This document shows positions 39,711 through 50,170 of a stretch of 64,000 bases of DNA, piece by piece. Position 1 is the first letter of the stretch, and every line of letters starts with the position of its first letter. The stretch covers positions 256,001 to 320,000 of the forward strand of contig CAWGZR010000010.1 in the NCBI GenBank assembly GCA_963827165.1. The letters run 5' to 3'. The stretch is from Candidatus Bathyarchaeota archaeon (GTDB lineage Archaea; Thermoproteota; Bathyarchaeia; Bathyarchaeales; Bathycorpusculaceae). The notes beneath the pieces are model-generated. The model saw nothing but the letters and a program-made list of their open reading frames with translations. It was not told the origin of the DNA and searched no databases. The position numbers were made by a program, and so were the translations under genes.

Positions 39711-40175
39711 TTATTCGCCTTGATACTTCTTGAGCCCGGGGATAGTCTTAACTACTTCCTTATGCAGGTCTCCAGCGACTTCTTGAAGAAGCTTGCGACC
39801 CTTAGGGGTCATACGTCTACCCTGCGGCTTAGTGGTCTGAACCAAACCGGCAGTTTCAAGCTGCTGCAAAATCTTGCGGATGTTGCTTCCACCGGCTTTG
39901 GTAGCGTGTGACTTTTTGACGCCGTTGTTTTTTCTTCCGCCATAATCAGCCCGCAACTTCTCCAGACCGATTGGACCGTGAACATAAACTTTGCGAAGCA
40001 CAGATGCACTTCTCACGTACCACCAGTTTGGATTCTGCGGCTGCTTTTCAACGTGTGTGCCTGTTTTAGCGAAGGCTGCCCATGGAAGCGGCTGGACTTC
40101 GTCAACGTTTTCTCTAAGATACTTCGCTAAACGATCGATAAATTTCGAAGATGGAACATCGTGAGGAGTAGTCAA
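39711..40175 (-). CDS. rps19e: 30S ribosomal protein eS19
   Basis: WAAFAKTG...NWWYVRSASVLRKVY...YGGRK...IRKILQQLE. Confidence 0.97.
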   Translation of the reverse strand: MTTPHDVPSSKFIDRLAKYLRENVDEVQPLPWAAFAKTGTHVEKQPQNPNWWYVRSASVLRKVYVHGPIGLEKLRADYGGRKNNGVKKSHATKAGGSNIRKILQQLETAGLVQTTKPQGRRMTPKGRKLLQEVAGDLHKEVVKTIPGLKKYQGE

Positions 40176-40309
40176 GATTACTCTAATCCTTTGTTTTTCC
40201 TTGCAGTAAAACAATGAAGCCAAATATAAATATTATCGGGTCGATTAACCGAGAATATAAGCTCTATAACCAAAAAATAGAAGCTACGCCTTATAAAGGT
40301 CAACAAGAG

Positions 40310-40495
40310 GGTAAAAATCTGGAATACCGCAAATACTTCAATACTTCAAAAGCCAGCGTTGATAAATCAGCTTTAGACCTGGGGCAATATTGCGACTGGA
40401 TAGGCAAGCCTCCGCAGACTTAATTGATGAATACATTGCAGCAAGAACAGACTTTGCGAAACTCCAAGATTGACGCAGAGAAACAGAAAATACAA
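40310..40495 (+). pseudogene. Possible remnant of a tyrosine integrase N-terminal domain
   Basis: ...ALDLGQYCDWIGKPP / ADLIDEYIAAR... joined across a frameshift, then a stop. Confidence 0.3.
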
Positions 40496-40813
40496 TTTTG
40501 AGATTTTCTTTTCCTATTTAGGTTTTTGGATTTGAAAATCAAAGTCCACGTTTGCAAGAAATGATTTGATGATTATTTTTTGGTTCTGAGCTTCTTTGTT
40601 TGGATTCATCTGGAAATTCCGAGTTAGTCTTTGGAAAAAAGAGGTATGGAGTAAGTAAGTCGGTGGATAAAGACGTTCTACCCATATTTTCTTGGTTTCA
40701 GACCAGTGCGTTTTAAGGCGCAAATTTGAATGAAAACAGGGTGTTTATTTACAGAATTATTCAGCAAAGTGTTATTAGCTCTGTACGTCCAATGAGCGAG
40801 TTGGGGGAAGCAA

Positions 40814-41023
40814 GTGAATAGAGAAGAGTCAATTTCTCTTTTGAAAGAATTAGGTGCTAATCAGCTTGTCAGCCCTATTTTTGTCAGTATTGAACATAGA
40901 TTCCCTGATATTTACCTATTGAAAATAAAAGGAGATTATGACCTTCCAGCAGTGAAGCTATTTCTTAAGAACAAATTCTCAGTGGAAGAAAACAAAGACT
41001 ACATTGTTATTTCTGAGCTGTAA
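40814..41023 (+). CDS. Small hypothetical protein
   Basis: 69-aa ORF with GGGG upstream. Confidence 0.55.
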   Translation: MNREESISLLKELGANQLVSPIFVSIEHRFPDIYLLKIKGDYDLPAVKLFLKNKFSVEENKDYIVISEL

Positions 41024-41284
41024 GACTACTTTTTACAAATGGTCAATGAAAATTGGTTCGCTCGCAGAATTTTTCTTTACTTTAGTTGGAACATCGTTTA
41101 GCGTCAAAACTATCGGAACAACGCCACTATCCAGATTTTCCATTCTATATTTTGGTTGAGTTTTCATTTTGCCACTTCTCCGTGTTTCATGCGGCTAAGA
41201 CAACTAACAATTGCAGCGGTCTTTTGAAAAGACAATCAGTAATAGTAAGATATAAGATTTGCGTTGTTTCACCGCGAGTAAAAG

Positions 41285-41694
41285 CTAAACTTGGCGTCCA
41301 AACCTTTTCTTCATGCATTCTTCACAAAAACTGTTCTTGAATTTTCTTTTTCCCATGGGTTGAAAGAGTTGTCCGCACCTGCCACAGTTATTTGGCTAAC
41401 TACTTTGGGCTCAAGCAGTTTGAGCCTTCTCTCAATTTCAGCCTTAACATCCGAATCAACCTCCCCCCTCCCTAGCATTTTTCAACAAAGCTTTAGCTTG
41501 TTCCAAGCTTCCGTCTCCGAATAGTTTAAGGAAGGCACTAGCTGTTTTCCCTTTCAGAATTGAGAAGGCAGCATACAAACAAAATTCTGAGGATACCTCT
41601 TTGATTTGCTTAGGTCAACAACAGGGAAGCGGAAGTTTTTTCGCCCGTTATTGTCATCTGTGTAATCTACGAAAACTCGCAGACTGATGCTCAA
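41285..41694 (-). pseudogene. Frameshifted gene for a protein with a C-terminal zinc finger
   Basis: Fragments VVDLSKSKRYPQNFVCMLP / SAFLKLFGDGSLEQAKALL / KAEIERRLKLLEP / CGRCGQLF...FCEECMKKRFG across frames. Confidence 0.55.
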
Positions 41695-41859
41695 ATTAGT
41701 TAATCTTTGAACGGAGAAACATGACTAAGTTATATTGTGATTGCTTAAGAGTCAATAACGTTGGATAGACCAGTATTTTCTCATGATATTCTTTAAAATC
41801 ACAGCGTTTATTGTCTACGCCGGGTTCATACAAAAACTTAAAGGTGAATTCAAGCTCAT

Positions 41860-42345
41860 ATGCTTGAGGGCACAATCCTGAACCTGATTGAGAAAACGAA
41901 TCTGAAAACAATCGACCCTGAATTGTTAAAGATAACAAAACTTTCCACAGAAGAAGACATCTTTTTTGTTGAACTACCGTTAGATAGAATCCCACAGGAA
42001 GAGTGGAGGGAACTCTTTGAAAAAGAATTGAAAAAAACTGCTCTACCATTAGCCATAACAGAAAAATCGAATGATTCTTCCCTGATAGGTAAACCTAACT
42101 ATGCAAACAGTTTGCAAGGGGACACAATTTCAATTATCACTCATCCAAGAAAACTTCAAGAAGACATTGAATTAGTTATGCAGTTGATAAAAACGGTCAA
42201 TAATAGAGTTGATCAATTTAATAAAGAAGTTAATGAGCAAAACAACAAAGAAAAATTAAAAACCAAAAATGACAAAGAAATTATAAGTGAAATGCGCGAA
42301 TCTCTTAGGAAAAATCCACCAACGCAGCCGCTTGATAGAACTTAG
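41860..42345 (+). CDS. Hypothetical protein with a coiled-coil C-terminus
   Basis: 161-aa AT-rich ORF. Confidence 0.6.
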   Translation: MLEGTILNLIEKTNLKTIDPELLKITKLSTEEDIFFVELPLDRIPQEEWRELFEKELKKTALPLAITEKSNDSSLIGKPNYANSLQGDTISIITHPRKLQEDIELVMQLIKTVNNRVDQFNKEVNEQNNKEKLKTKNDKEIISEMRESLRKNPPTQPLDRT

Positions 42346-42430
42346 AGAGAATGTTATCTTTTTATGTAAATAACTGAAAAGGTAAGTGATTTCATTTTTT
42401 CACTAAACGATTTAGTTTTGGTATTGGCAC

Positions 42431-42910
42431 TTACTGGGGTTCAATCCACGATATATCATGTCCACCTTGCAAATAATCGTGTCTCCACACGATTTCTGCA
42501 ACAGAAAAAACCCAAGTGCATTGTCCATCAGCATCCGCATGATGTATCAGTTGCATAGTTTCATCAATGCGTACAACAGGCATTATGTGCCAACCCTGAC
42601 CGTTACCTATAGATAACGAAATCAGGCAAGGTTTTTGCTCTTCTAAAAGGGATTTGACCCGGTTCACTTTCTCTATTCCTGTGGCGAAACTTTCCACTTT
42701 AATATTAATTGTAGGATAAACGCTTCTAATCTTGGCTGAAACAGAGTCAAAACTATTACCTTGACCAAGGTCAAAATCCTCCTGAAAGGTCCCAAGATTC
42801 ACTCCTTGAATCTTCAAATATCGAATCAGCCACTCATAGCCCGTTGGAACACAACCAGATTCATGACGTTGCGGAACTAAAGTTTTGCTCCAGTCCAATA
42901 ATTCTGTCAT
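42431..42910 (-). CDS. Papain-fold (C39-like) peptidase-like protein
   Basis: N-terminal Q-x4-GC and later WH in a beta-strand context. Confidence 0.55.
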   Translation of the reverse strand: MTELLDWSKTLVPQRHESGCVPTGYEWLIRYLKIQGVNLGTFQEDFDLGQGNSFDSVSAKIRSVYPTINIKVESFATGIEKVNRVKSLLEEQKPCLISLSIGNGQGWHIMPVVRIDETMQLIHHADADGQCTWVFSVAEIVWRHDYLQGGHDISWIEPQ

Positions 42911-43183
42911 TTGTCAACAGGATAGTATGACAACAATAACCGCTTAAGAATGTTGACTCAGATTCTGAAAAAATCCGTGGAAACATAAACCTCCATCGCA
43001 GATGTCCTAACTAACTCGGAAAGAATCCCTGCACCCCCGAGTGCCATGAGAGAAGACAGCCATAAGCGAAACAGGTTACTCGTCGTGGGTAATTTCAGAT
43101 AACGGATGGTAAACCGGCTCTTCGTTCTGATGAACTTTGAGCCCCCTTCAGAAAGACAAGCAAGCTGGCTAGTCAAAGGCGTC

Positions 43184-43450
43184 CTAACGTACGGATACCT
43201 TCGCTTTAAGCACAAAAACCCGCAGATTAATCCTTGACGGGCAAACAAAAGTGCAGTTTCCGCAGCCCACACATAGGTCAACCCGCAGTTTCCGGAGCGT
43301 TTCTTTCTTGTTTTTTTCGAAAGCCTCTTTGATTAAAACTGGGCTCAGGTTATGCGGGCAACTGCGCATGCAGACGCCGCAGCGGATGCAAGCCACCGAC
43401 TTGTCTTCCTGTGACTTAGCAGGATTCTCAAGCGTTTGAGAGGTACCCAT
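43184..43450 (-). CDS. Stand-alone RnfC-like 2[4Fe-4S] domain protein
   Basis: CIRCGVCMRSCPHNLSP...CVGCGNCTFVCPSRINL. Confidence 0.75.
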   Translation of the reverse strand: MGTSQTLENPAKSQEDKSVACIRCGVCMRSCPHNLSPVLIKEAFEKNKKETLRKLRVDLCVGCGNCTFVCPSRINLRVFVLKAKVSVR

Positions 43451-43660
43451 ATGTATCCCTTTATTAAAAAGCTGATTCGCAAAAGACAATTATATAGGTT
43501 TTTGATAAACTAAAATTTAGCAGAAAAACCGCAAAAGAGCAGGAAAAGAGAGTTCTTGCCCCCAAAAAATCAGGCCAGCAATGTGCCAAGCGATCTATCC
43601 TTTAGAAACGCTTATTACCCTTCGCCTGCGATGTTTATTCGTAGATTCTGAAGGCTTTTT

Positions 43661-44707
43661 ATGGCTTCTGAGAAAACCCGTCCACTCTATTCTAGTGATT
43701 TCCAGTCTTACTGCGGCAACGCCAAGAAACTGGTAGATTCGGAACTTCAAGCGCTGCTGCCAGTAGTTGCGGAGTTGAAGCTGCGGAAACAAATCGAGTA
43801 CGCCTTGCAGACCAGTGGGAAACGGCTTCGACCCACTTTGGTTCTTCTTTGTGGAGAAAGCGTTGGGGGCAATAGGGAGCGGCTTCGCAAGTTGGCTTTG
43901 GCGTTTGAGTTGCTGCATTTGGCGACGCTTGTCCACGATGACGTTTTGGACGAGGATTTGTTTCGCAGAAATTCTCTTTCGGTTTATGCGAAATGGAGCA
44001 TTAAAGACGCGATTTTGGTGGGTGACGTTTTGGCTTCGCTTTCGCTGTCTCTATGCAAGGGCTACAAGCGGGAAATCCTTAACGTGATGATAGACACGTG
44101 CATGCAGCTGTCCGACGGTGAGTACAGCGATGTTGAGTTGGCTGGAACGGGCTTAAGCGAGGATGATTATTTTGGCAAAATCAAAAAGAAATGTGCGTCG
44201 CTTTTCAGTGCAGCCTGCGAATGCGGAGGCCTTGCAGCCGATGGCTCATCTAACGTGACGGGTGCTTTGAGACTTTTCGGCGAAAACTATGGGATCGCTT
44301 ACCAGATACGGGACGACGTCTTGGATGCGGAGGAATGGGGAAACGACCTTCAACCCGACATAAACAAGTTCCGAGCAACACTTCCAATAATCCACGCCTA
44401 TCAAACCGCAAACCCAGAGAAACAGGTGCGTTTCAGAAGGCTACTTGCCGCAAATACAGCAGAAAACTTGAGCGTTTTCCTGAGGGAAGTTCAGGTTTAT
44501 TTCGAAAAAGGTTCTTTAGATTACTGCACAGGCAGAGTAGATGATTTTGTTGATAGCGCAGTTGCATGTTTGGCGCCTATTAGAGAGAGCAGACTGAAAG
44601 GTTATCTAAAAGAGATGGCAGAGGGGCTTAGAATCAAAGGTCCCGAAGTGAGCGTCGAAAAAGTTCTCTCAGAAACCCCTCGCAGACCGGTTTCGCCAAT
44701 TTACTGA
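43661..44707 (+). CDS. Polyprenyl diphosphate synthase (long-chain type)
   Basis: GKRLRP, ATLVHDDVLD (small Ala five residues before the first DDxxD), QIRDDVLD. Confidence 0.92.
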   Translation: MASEKTRPLYSSDFQSYCGNAKKLVDSELQALLPVVAELKLRKQIEYALQTSGKRLRPTLVLLCGESVGGNRERLRKLALAFELLHLATLVHDDVLDEDLFRRNSLSVYAKWSIKDAILVGDVLASLSLSLCKGYKREILNVMIDTCMQLSDGEYSDVELAGTGLSEDDYFGKIKKKCASLFSAACECGGLAADGSSNVTGALRLFGENYGIAYQIRDDVLDAEEWGNDLQPDINKFRATLPIIHAYQTANPEKQVRFRRLLAANTAENLSVFLREVQVYFEKGSLDYCTGRVDDFVDSAVACLAPIRESRLKGYLKEMAEGLRIKGPEVSVEKVLSETPRRPVSPIY

Positions 44708-44761
44708 GCAATGGGTAGTGATTCATAGTTCTTAATTCCGTTTTGCTAAGGACGTGAAAGT

Positions 44762-46255
44762 TTGACTGGGAAGTTGCAGCTAGCCGGCGAAGTTTTTTGG
44801 GATGAGGCGTCTCTCAAAGCTTACTCGGGGGATATGAGTCATTACTCAGTTAAGCCCCGGATGGTTGCTGTCCCGGCAAACGAAAACGACATAGACAAAC
44901 TGATTGTCTACGCAAAAGAAGAGTCCATCCCCATAACTCCGCGTGGCGCAGGCTCGAACCAGTCAGGCTCCGCCGTCGGCCCAGGCATAATCGTTTTGTT
45001 CTCAAAAATGAACGCAGCCATTAAGAGGGACGGTCGAAGAGTACGCGTGCAGTCTGGGATGATTCACCAAGTTTTGGATCAGCATTTGGCTTTGGATGGA
45101 CTTCGAATTCCGTATGACCCGACCTCACGTGGGTTTTGCACTATAGGCGGCAATGTCGCGACTAAAGCAAGCGGGCTTAGAAGCCTCAAGTATGGTACAG
45201 TTGATTCGGCAATTAGAAACCTGCGTTTCTTCGACATCGCCCACGGGTTAATCGACACTTCCAAAGGCTTACCAGAAAACTTGGAAGAAGCAATCGTAGA
45301 TTTGAAAAAAAGGCTTACCAACGACAAAGACGCGATGGAAATCTTGAAAGTGCGATGCAACCTCAAATCCAGCAGCGGCTACAACCTGAGAAGCCTCATA
45401 GAATACGAGCAACCAAGCGAAGTCGTCACTCATCTTCTTGCGGGTTCGGTTGGCACGCTAGGCGTTTTCAGTGAAGTGGAGTTGGAGGCAGTTCCAATCC
45501 CCAAAAGCGTCAGCCTTTATGTTGTCTTTTTCCGTTCCCTCTTAGCAGCAACTGAAGAGGTCCTAAAAATAGTGGCTTTCAAACCATCAGCCCTTGAACT
45601 CATGGACGCTTATGGCGTTGATTTGCTCAGGGTAACAAACGAAGTCGATGTTCCGCTTGACTGCAAAGCGGTTCTGCTTGTGGAATTCGACTCTGACTTA
45701 GACAGCGCAAGCGAGCTGATGGCGGGTTATTTGAAGGAGAAATCAAGAGAGTTCTCAGTCGAAAATGATGTGAAAAAACAAGCCACTCTTTGGAGGGTCA
45801 GGGAGTCGATGCTGCTTTGGATTATGAATTCGCTTGAAACACCGCAAAAAAGGTTTCCACCCTTCGCCGACGACATCGCGGTACCTTTGGAGAAACTGCC
45901 GAGTTTCGTTGACGCCGTTCAGCAGACGTTGGCAAGCTCTGGGACGATTGCGGTCATTTATGGGCATGCGGGCGAGGGAAATCTGCACATACGACCAATG
46001 ATAGGAGTCGAAAACTGGAAAGAAAACCTCAGAAACCTCTCCAACCTAATCTTCGAGACTGCATTGAATATAGGAGGCACCATAACGGCTGAACATGGGC
46101 TTGGAAGAAATAGATCCCGATATCTCCGTGAAGAATGGGGTGACAAACTTTACAACTACTTTTTGGAAGTCAAGAACATTTTTGATCCCGCTGATCTTCT
46201 AAACCCAGGCGTTGTTTTCACGTCGGATGATTTAACAGAAAACCTTCTGCCTTAG
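44762..46255 (+). CDS. FAD-linked oxidoreductase (GlcD/D-lactate dehydrogenase family)
   Basis: PRGAGSNQSG, TIGGNVAT, HAGEGNLH, EHGLG, FDPADLLNPG. Confidence 0.9.
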   Translation: MTGKLQLAGEVFWDEASLKAYSGDMSHYSVKPRMVAVPANENDIDKLIVYAKEESIPITPRGAGSNQSGSAVGPGIIVLFSKMNAAIKRDGRRVRVQSGMIHQVLDQHLALDGLRIPYDPTSRGFCTIGGNVATKASGLRSLKYGTVDSAIRNLRFFDIAHGLIDTSKGLPENLEEAIVDLKKRLTNDKDAMEILKVRCNLKSSSGYNLRSLIEYEQPSEVVTHLLAGSVGTLGVFSEVELEAVPIPKSVSLYVVFFRSLLAATEEVLKIVAFKPSALELMDAYGVDLLRVTNEVDVPLDCKAVLLVEFDSDLDSASELMAGYLKEKSREFSVENDVKKQATLWRVRESMLLWIMNSLETPQKRFPPFADDIAVPLEKLPSFVDAVQQTLASSGTIAVIYGHAGEGNLHIRPMIGVENWKENLRNLSNLIFETALNIGGTITAEHGLGRNRSRYLREEWGDKLYNYFLEVKNIFDPADLLNPGVVFTSDDLTENLLP

Positions 46256-46443
46256 CATGCAAGCAAACGCCGTGTTTGTAGTGTGGCAGCTACAACAAAC
46301 TCTTTTATTCGCAGGAAAACTCATTTTTCAAAGGGTATTCTTATGCATTTTTTAGAGGTAGGATATTATCAAAGTTCCAAAAAAACGCATTCCTTTTTGT
46401 TTGGAAAAATTCGAAAGTTTAAATCAGGATGTGCTGACTGAAA

Positions 46444-47664
46444 ATGGAAACTCAAACAACGTCTCAGCCTGCCGCTAAGGATACTGGTTTACGTGGAATC
46501 CTTATCGCCGACACGGCTATATCACTTATCGATGGCGCAAAAGGCGAGCTTTCTTATCGTGGATTCGACATCCACGACTTAGCATCTTACTCAACCAGCG
46601 AAGAAGTTGCGTACCTTCTTCTTTACGGCAACCTGCCATCCACATCACAAGCAGAGGAATTCTCCAAGATGCTTGCTGCGGAGAGAAAACTGCCGCCCAG
46701 CACAATTGAAGTTCTAAAAAAGATTCCCAATGCAACTACGCCGATGGATGTTTTGCAAGCGACTGTGGCATTGCTGGCGGAATCTGACTCTGAAAAACGC
46801 ATCGACTCCAAAGAAGCCAACCTTAAACGCGCCGCACGACTCACATCTTTAATACCTACGATTGTAGCGTTTTGGGAAAGAATTAGAAAGAACCAACCAC
46901 TAGTCGAGCCAGACCCGAAACTTGCCAGAGCAGCAAATTTCCTTTACATGCTTACGGGCGAGGTGCCCGATCTAGAGACTGCGAAGGATTTTGACACTTG
47001 CCTTGTACTGCAGGCTGAACATTCCTTTAACGCCTCCACCTTCGCCGCAAGAGTTGTCGCTTCTACTCGGGCGCACATGTACGCCGCTGTTAGCGCCGCG
47101 GTTGGGTCGCTTTCAGGAGAATTGCATGGAGGCGCGAACATGCAAGTTATGCGGAACCTTATGGAAATCGGCGAACCAGCTAAAGTTGACGCTTGGGTTA
47201 AATCCAAGTTTGACAATCATGAACGAGTCATGGGCATGGGACACGCCGTTTACAAAGCGCTGGATCCCAGAGCGGATTTGCTTAGTCACATATCTGAAAA
47301 GCTTGCCAGGCGAACAGGCGAGCCAAAATGGTACTTGATGACTAAAGAGATTGAGCTCGCCACCCAACGTGAGTACCGTGAGCGCAAAGGCGGCGAAATA
47401 TACCCGAACGTTGACCTTTACAGCGCCAGCGTTTACCACATGCTCGGCATCCCCGACGACCTCTTCACACCCATCTTCGCCATATCTAGAATTCCAGGTT
47501 GGGCAGCCCACATCATCGAAGAAAAGTTTCCCGCGCCCCCAATCAAACCTGAACTTTACCGTCCATCCGCCCAGTACCAAGGAAACTATTGCGGAGTCAT
47601 TGGCTGCAAATACGTACCTATGGGTAATCGGACAGCGCCAAGTCAACAACAAACAAAGAGTTAA
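46444..47664 (+). CDS. gltA: Citrate synthase or 2-methylcitrate synthase
   Basis: GLRG, YRG, EHSFNASTF, LHGGAN, GMGHAVY, PNVD, SRIPGW. Confidence 0.93.
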   Translation: METQTTSQPAAKDTGLRGILIADTAISLIDGAKGELSYRGFDIHDLASYSTSEEVAYLLLYGNLPSTSQAEEFSKMLAAERKLPPSTIEVLKKIPNATTPMDVLQATVALLAESDSEKRIDSKEANLKRAARLTSLIPTIVAFWERIRKNQPLVEPDPKLARAANFLYMLTGEVPDLETAKDFDTCLVLQAEHSFNASTFAARVVASTRAHMYAAVSAAVGSLSGELHGGANMQVMRNLMEIGEPAKVDAWVKSKFDNHERVMGMGHAVYKALDPRADLLSHISEKLARRTGEPKWYLMTKEIELATQREYRERKGGEIYPNVDLYSASVYHMLGIPDDLFTPIFAISRIPGWAAHIIEEKFPAPPIKPELYRPSAQYQGNYCGVIGCKYVPMGNRTAPSQQQTKS

Positions 47665-47709
47665 CAACCAAAAAGGGCTGAAAAATAAGAAACTACGGGG
47701 CTTTGATTA

Positions 47710-48444
47710 TTAGGTTGAACTTCTGGTTTTCGGTCGCAATTCCTCAAAGATTCTTTTTCTTACTTCCAAAATGCGCTTGGTTACCTGAATAGATTTGGGG
47801 CAGACGAGTGTGCACCTGTAATATGTTTTGCAGCCAAATGCACCGTGCGGCTGATCCATAATTGCAAGGCGATCAAGCATATCTTTTACGCGGCTGTCAA
47901 AGATGTATCTGTGTGCGCGAACGATGGCGGCTGGACCCACATAGGCAGGGTCTTCTTTTTGGCTGACTGGGCAAGCGGAGACGCAACAAGCGCACATTAT
48001 GCATTTTATGTCGTCATCAAACAATGACCGCTGCTCAATCGTCTGCTGATGCTCTTTTCCTTCTTCAACCATAGTCAAGCTTATGCCGTCGGATGGATGA
48101 ACGGATTTTTCTTTCGCAAAGAATTCATCCAGTTCTACAACTAAATCCTTTACGACGGGGAAGACGCTCAGAGGCTCAATTAGAATTTCTTTGTCGGCTG
48201 GGTAGTCTTTCACCAGTTTCTGGCAGGCCAAAGCTGAAACCCCGTTGATGGTCATGCCATCAGAGCCGCAGATGCCGTGGGCGCAACTCATTCGGTAGGC
48301 TAAGCTGCCATCTTGTTCCCATCTGACCTTGTTGAGGCAGTCAAGCAGTCTATCAGTGGATTTGGCGTCGACGACGAATTTGTCGTAGCGAGGTTCCTTG
48401 TCAACTTTAGGGTCGAAACGGAAGATTTTCAATTTGACGTTCAT
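47710..48444 (-). CDS. sdhB: Succinate dehydrogenase/fumarate reductase Fe-S subunit
   Basis: SCAHGICGSD, CIMCACCVSACP, CKTYYRCTLVCP. Confidence 0.95.
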   Translation of the reverse strand: MNVKLKIFRFDPKVDKEPRYDKFVVDAKSTDRLLDCLNKVRWEQDGSLAYRMSCAHGICGSDGMTINGVSALACQKLVKDYPADKEILIEPLSVFPVVKDLVVELDEFFAKEKSVHPSDGISLTMVEEGKEHQQTIEQRSLFDDDIKCIMCACCVSACPVSQKEDPAYVGPAAIVRAHRYIFDSRVKDMLDRLAIMDQPHGAFGCKTYYRCTLVCPKSIQVTKRILEVRKRIFEELRPKTRSST

Positions 48445-48445
48445 G

Positions 48446-50170
48446 CTAGTACTTCCTCGCTTTAGGTTCAAAACGGGTAATAACCACGGGTTTGTATCTT
48501 GCCTCAAGCCCGCTGGCAGAGGAAAAAGCCATGGTGTGTTTTAGCCAGGCTCCGTCGTTACGACTTGGAAAATCGTTGCGGTAATGGGCACCGCGGCTTT
48601 CCTGTCTCTGCAACGCGGAGTAGACAATAACTTCAGAAAGCTTCAACATATTAGTTAACTCCAATGCGCCTTCGAGCTCAAAGTTGAAACGTTTGCCACT
48701 ATAGCTTAACCCAACATGTGCCATCCTGCCTTGAAGCTCGCGAATTTTACCCTGCGCCTGCTCCAAACCCACCTTGTCACGGAAAACGCTGCATAACTGG
48801 GTCATGGTTCTCTGCATTTCTGCACGAATTATTGCCACACGTTCCTTTCCAGCTGAAGCCAACAGCGAATCGATTTTTGAAGAAACCATTTTCTCGGCGG
48901 CTGCGTCGAGCGGGACTTGCTGGTTCCCGGAAACATAATTCACGATATGTAAGCCTGCTCTTTTTCCGAAGACCACCAGATCAACCAGCGAGTTTGTCCC
49001 AAGCCTGTTTGCTCCATGAACGCTTACACAGGCACATTCGCCCGCTGCATACAAGCTAGGCACAATAATGGATTTCTCATCTGCAAGTACGCGCGCCTGG
49101 GCGTCGGTAGGCACGCCGCCCATCATATAGTGGCATGTTGGCGCAACGGGAATCAATGATTCACTTGCGTCTATGCCGAGGTAATTCTTAACAAATGACG
49201 TGACTTCCGAAAGTTTTTCCTGCAACTGGTCCTTTCCTAGGTGCGTTAAATCCAAGTAAACATAGTCCGACCCATCTACGCCTCTGCCCTGGGCAACCTC
49301 AGTTAAAATTGCTCTGGAAATTATGTCTCTGGGCGCCAAGTCCTTGAGCGTGGGAGCGTAACGCTCCATAAACCGTTCACCCTTGCCGTTCCGCAACACG
49401 CCGCCTTCAGCCCTTGCCGCCTCGCTGACCAATATGCCTAATCCATGTATGCCTGTTGGGTGAAACTGGACGAACTCCATATCTTCAAGAGGAACTCCGG
49501 CGTCAAAAGCCAAAGAGAAACCATCTCCTGTGGCAGCGAAAGACATCGAAGTCGTTTGGAAGATTCTACCGCAGCCGCCGGAAGCAAGCAAAACCGCTTT
49601 CGCATGGAAAACCATCGGCTCACCCGTCGCTAACTCGTACCCAGAAACGCCGCAGATTTGTCCCTCAGATTTTAAGAGCGACGTGACGAAGACTTCATTG
49701 AATATTTTTACGCCTCGAACCATGCAGTGATCGTAGAGGGTATCCATTATTACCCGTCCCGTCCTATCAGAGGCGTAGCAAGCCCGTTTGACAGGGGCTT
49801 CGCCAAAATTTTTCGTGTGACCGCCGAACCGTCTCTGCTCAATCGTTCCTTTATCATTGCGGCTGAAAGGGACGCCAAGATGTTCCAACTCAATCACGCG
49901 TTCCGGTGCCTCCCGAGCCAAAATTTCAGCTATATCCTGATCTGCCAAATAGTCGCTGCCCTTCACCGTGTCGAACATGTGCCATTCCCAGCGGTCTTCC
50001 TCCTCGTTTCCAAGAGCCGCCGCGATCCCCCCCTGGGCAGAGCCGCTGTGACTGCGGGAAGCGTACACCTTGCTGATTACAGCGATGTTGCACGTTTCAG
50101 AAGCAGTTAAGGCAGCAGTTAACCCCGCGATGCCTCCGCCAACGATTACGACGTCAAACTCGTGAATCAT
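48446..50170 (-). CDS. sdhA: Succinate dehydrogenase/fumarate reductase flavoprotein
   Basis: [10 protein letters not shown] (covalent-FAD His), [29 protein letters not shown]. Confidence 0.96.
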   Translation of the reverse strand: MIHEFDVVIVGGGIAGLTAALTASETCNIAVISKVYASRSHSGSAQGGIAAALGNEEEDRWEWHMFDTVKGSDYLADQDIAEILAREAPERVIELEHLGVPFSRNDKGTIEQRRFGGHTKNFGEAPVKRACYASDRTGRVIMDTLYDHCMVRGVKIFNEVFVTSLLKSEGQICGVSGYELATGEPMVFHAKAVLLASGGCGRIFQTTSMSFAATGDGFSLAFDAGVPLEDMEFVQFHPTGIHGLGILVSEAARAEGGVLRNGKGERFMERYAPTLKDLAPRDIISRAILTEVAQGRGVDGSDYVYLDLTHLGKDQLQEKLSEVTSFVKNYLGIDASESLIPVAPTCHYMMGGVPTDAQARVLADEKSIIVPSLYAAGECACVSVHGANRLGTNSLVDLVVFGKRAGLHIVNYVSGNQQVPLDAAAEKMVSSKIDSLLASAGKERVAIIRAEMQRTMTQLCSVFRDKVGLEQAQGKIRELQGRMAHVGLSYSGKRFNFELEGALELTNMLKLSEVIVYSALQRQESRGAHYRNDFPSRNDGAWLKHTMAFSSASGLEARYKPVVITRFEPKARKY

